From contig CP075492.1 in NCBI GenBank assembly GCA_021613535.1, forward strand, positions 4,960,001 through 5,024,000: 64,000 bases of DNA, in the 5' to 3' direction. The notes under the pieces are model-generated. The model did no database searches and had not been told where the DNA came from. It was given only the letters and a program-made list of their open reading frames with translations. A program made the translations under genes and the position numbers. Position 1 is the first letter of the stretch. Each line of letters opens with the position of its first letter. Shown one piece after another: positions 62,003 through 64,000 of this stretch. Source of the stretch: Adineta vaga (lineage: Eukaryota; Animalia; Rotifera).

Positions 62003-63626
62003 ATGGCTCGTCTATTTACCTGTTTACTCGTCGTCGCAATTCGTCTTATTTCAGAAACTTTTGGTTTGTTTGATTCTTTAGTTTTCTCATATTCATCTTA
62101 TATCGATTTTGAGAACATTTTTCTTTACAACTATAAATCGTTTGTTTGAACCAATGATTGAGATCATTTTTTGAAGAAAATACTAAAACAGATTTGAATA
62201 CTGTGAAGTAATTCCTAGTGAATAGCTTAAATATGTCATAATCTATTACTGAATAATCAGATCGATTGCAATCTTTGAAGAAGCGAGTCTTGTTGCTTTA
62301 GCATGAGACTAATACCAGTCTTGTCATGTGACTAAGATTAAAGCGCTAGTTCTATCTTTACGCATACGTAGCATCTTGTAACTCAGTTTTCGCACCAGTC
62401 ATTGTATATCATGCATTGATCCGAGAGAGATTGAATAGTAAATTTACTCATCTTGCTTAAGACAAAACTGATTCCGAAATGTTCAACATCGCGGAACAGG
62501 ATGACTGCTCAAAGCAATAGTATACGAAACTTAGCTTAAGAAGAACTCAAGCGTAGTTTTCTAGGAGTACAGATTTTATTACAGTTTAGAAATAATAATT
62601 TACTGAAAAGAAATCCGAATAAAAGGTGACTAATGACTTCTTCACTTCTATTACATTTCTTTATACTATCATTGCTTTTAAAAAGTATTTAAAATTTCAG
62701 AAAAAAGTATACACCACACACACCTATCTCGCGCTCCTTTAGATGTTTTTCGTCTATCATTCGCAGGGTGAGTGGATGCATAATTATTTTCGTTTTGGTT
62801 CAAACCCACTCCCTATCATTACAGATTCTGCTGTATTATGAAATTGCTGTTGTTCGGGATACTTTCAATGTTTCAACGAAATAATTGCTATTCGAAGTTG
62901 ACCCTTCGAAACTAAATCTCTCCTTAGTAAGAATAGTACCAAAGCAATCATGTCTTGTTCTCGTTGCAAGCGTTAACTGTAGTTAAAATTTCACTATTTT
63001 GTGTGAATTATTATAGTAATAGACTTTGGATTCTTTTTATAAATTTCTGTCCGTTTTCCCCTATACTTTGCATCATTTGCAATGTTACGGTTTACATTCT
63101 GTGATCATCACAGTTATAGACATGCTATTTGTTTTTTTTTCAGCTCATGATGAGGAACCTTTGCACTTTTGCGAAGCTGTGACTGATCCTCACATCAAAA
63201 CTTGGCATTCACCAAGTACCTATAGCAGCACCCAACATCATCAAAATTGTTACTTTCCGGGAATGTTTCCAATTGTAAGAAATAATTTTGTTTATTTTCA
63301 AGTGCTAACTAACCAGAAATTTATGTGTGAGGTAAGTATTTTCATACTGACTATTTCATAAATATGCATATCATTGTTGCTTTCAGCTGACCTTAATGTT
63401 TTCTGATGGAACGACAGTAATTCCAATTTGCACGTTGGTGTCACAGAATTTTGAAATTTATGGAGATAGTCACAGATGTGGTGAACATGGTAGGAGAATT
63501 AAATGTGTGGAATAATGCTTATAGTGCTTTTAGGTATCACATGGAATACAACAAGAAGTGGTGCTTTCTATTTTATGACAATATCTTATACAAAAGCACG
63601 CTTCTCCACTACCATCGAACATAACG
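62003..63626 (+). CDS. Third VWD-like paralog (TDPH), partial; continues beyond the last recognisable exon or the window
   Basis: Signal exon 62003-62063; exons 63144-63331 (FCEAVTDPHIKTW..QNCYFPG), 63387-~63489 and ~63534-63626 mirror the exon structure of the 59984 gene. Confidence 0.65.
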
Positions 63627-64000
63627 TAAATATACGGATTTTAGTTTTTCCTTCACCTATATAGGTTGCATAGTACACTTGATCCAAATTCTATCACTCT
63701 AAATAGATTTCATTATACTTATTATATCGTACTCATAGCAATCTAATTCTAAACAAAGTTTAACAAAATATAGAAAGAGAAAAGGTAAATATGCAAGAAT
63801 AAGATTAAATACGTAACAAAAATGAAAACGTTGATAAATATACAATATTCATACTTTCGATCTTTTATACGTTCACCTATATGAACCTCTATTTTTATCT
63901 AGTCATACGCATTGATCGTTTTATATCAATAGAGATGAAAGTAATGTTTCTAATGGAAATTTATTTTGCAGCTAATTTTTAAAAACTTACTGAATTATTC

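Noticed and set aside
62064-63143. Unusually long intron with recurring GACT/AGTC words
   Set aside because: Suggests an old repeat insertion, but no definable unit or boundaries.

Overview
AT-rich eukaryotic genomic DNA with short (~50-60 nt) GT-AG introns. The gene content (expanded divergent rhodopsin-like GPCRs, TPR and F-box/LRR families, intron-bearing bacterial-type enzymes, very tight gene spacing) strongly resembles a bdelloid rotifer; this is inferred, not proven. All family assignments come from motif recognition by eye, with no database searches. 1-24 kb is an accessory, probably horizontally acquired, block: a four-domain chimeric gene (DUF924 / FSH1-type hydrolase with Ser->Ala nucleophile / DUF2828-like / microbial-type LRR), a secreted glycoside-hydrolase-like gene, D-glutamate-cyclase-like and 5'-nucleotidase genes, and four tiny peptide genes. 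The top candidate for a new system is a spliced gene at 17313-19390 joining a signal peptide, an AlkB-type 2OG-Fe(II) oxygenase, a precursor-peptide-like linker exon and an aKG-HExxH (RiPP-type) hydroxylase domain. It lies head-to-head with a small secreted peptide gene missing from the ORF track. 25-40 kb is conserved metazoan core: NOPCHAP1-like + SNU13, Otx, RNF41, an operon-like ELAC1-NABP-C15orf61 run, and protein kinase D with mutually exclusive kinase exons. 41-64 kb has GPCRs, an intron-containing Zator-transposase-derived gene, a Ly6 gene, a very young intact Ty3/gypsy LTR element inserted in a GPCR gene, and three tandem VWD/GDPH-type surface protein genes. Several isolated 1-bp indels in otherwise intact genes suggest consensus errors in the assembly.
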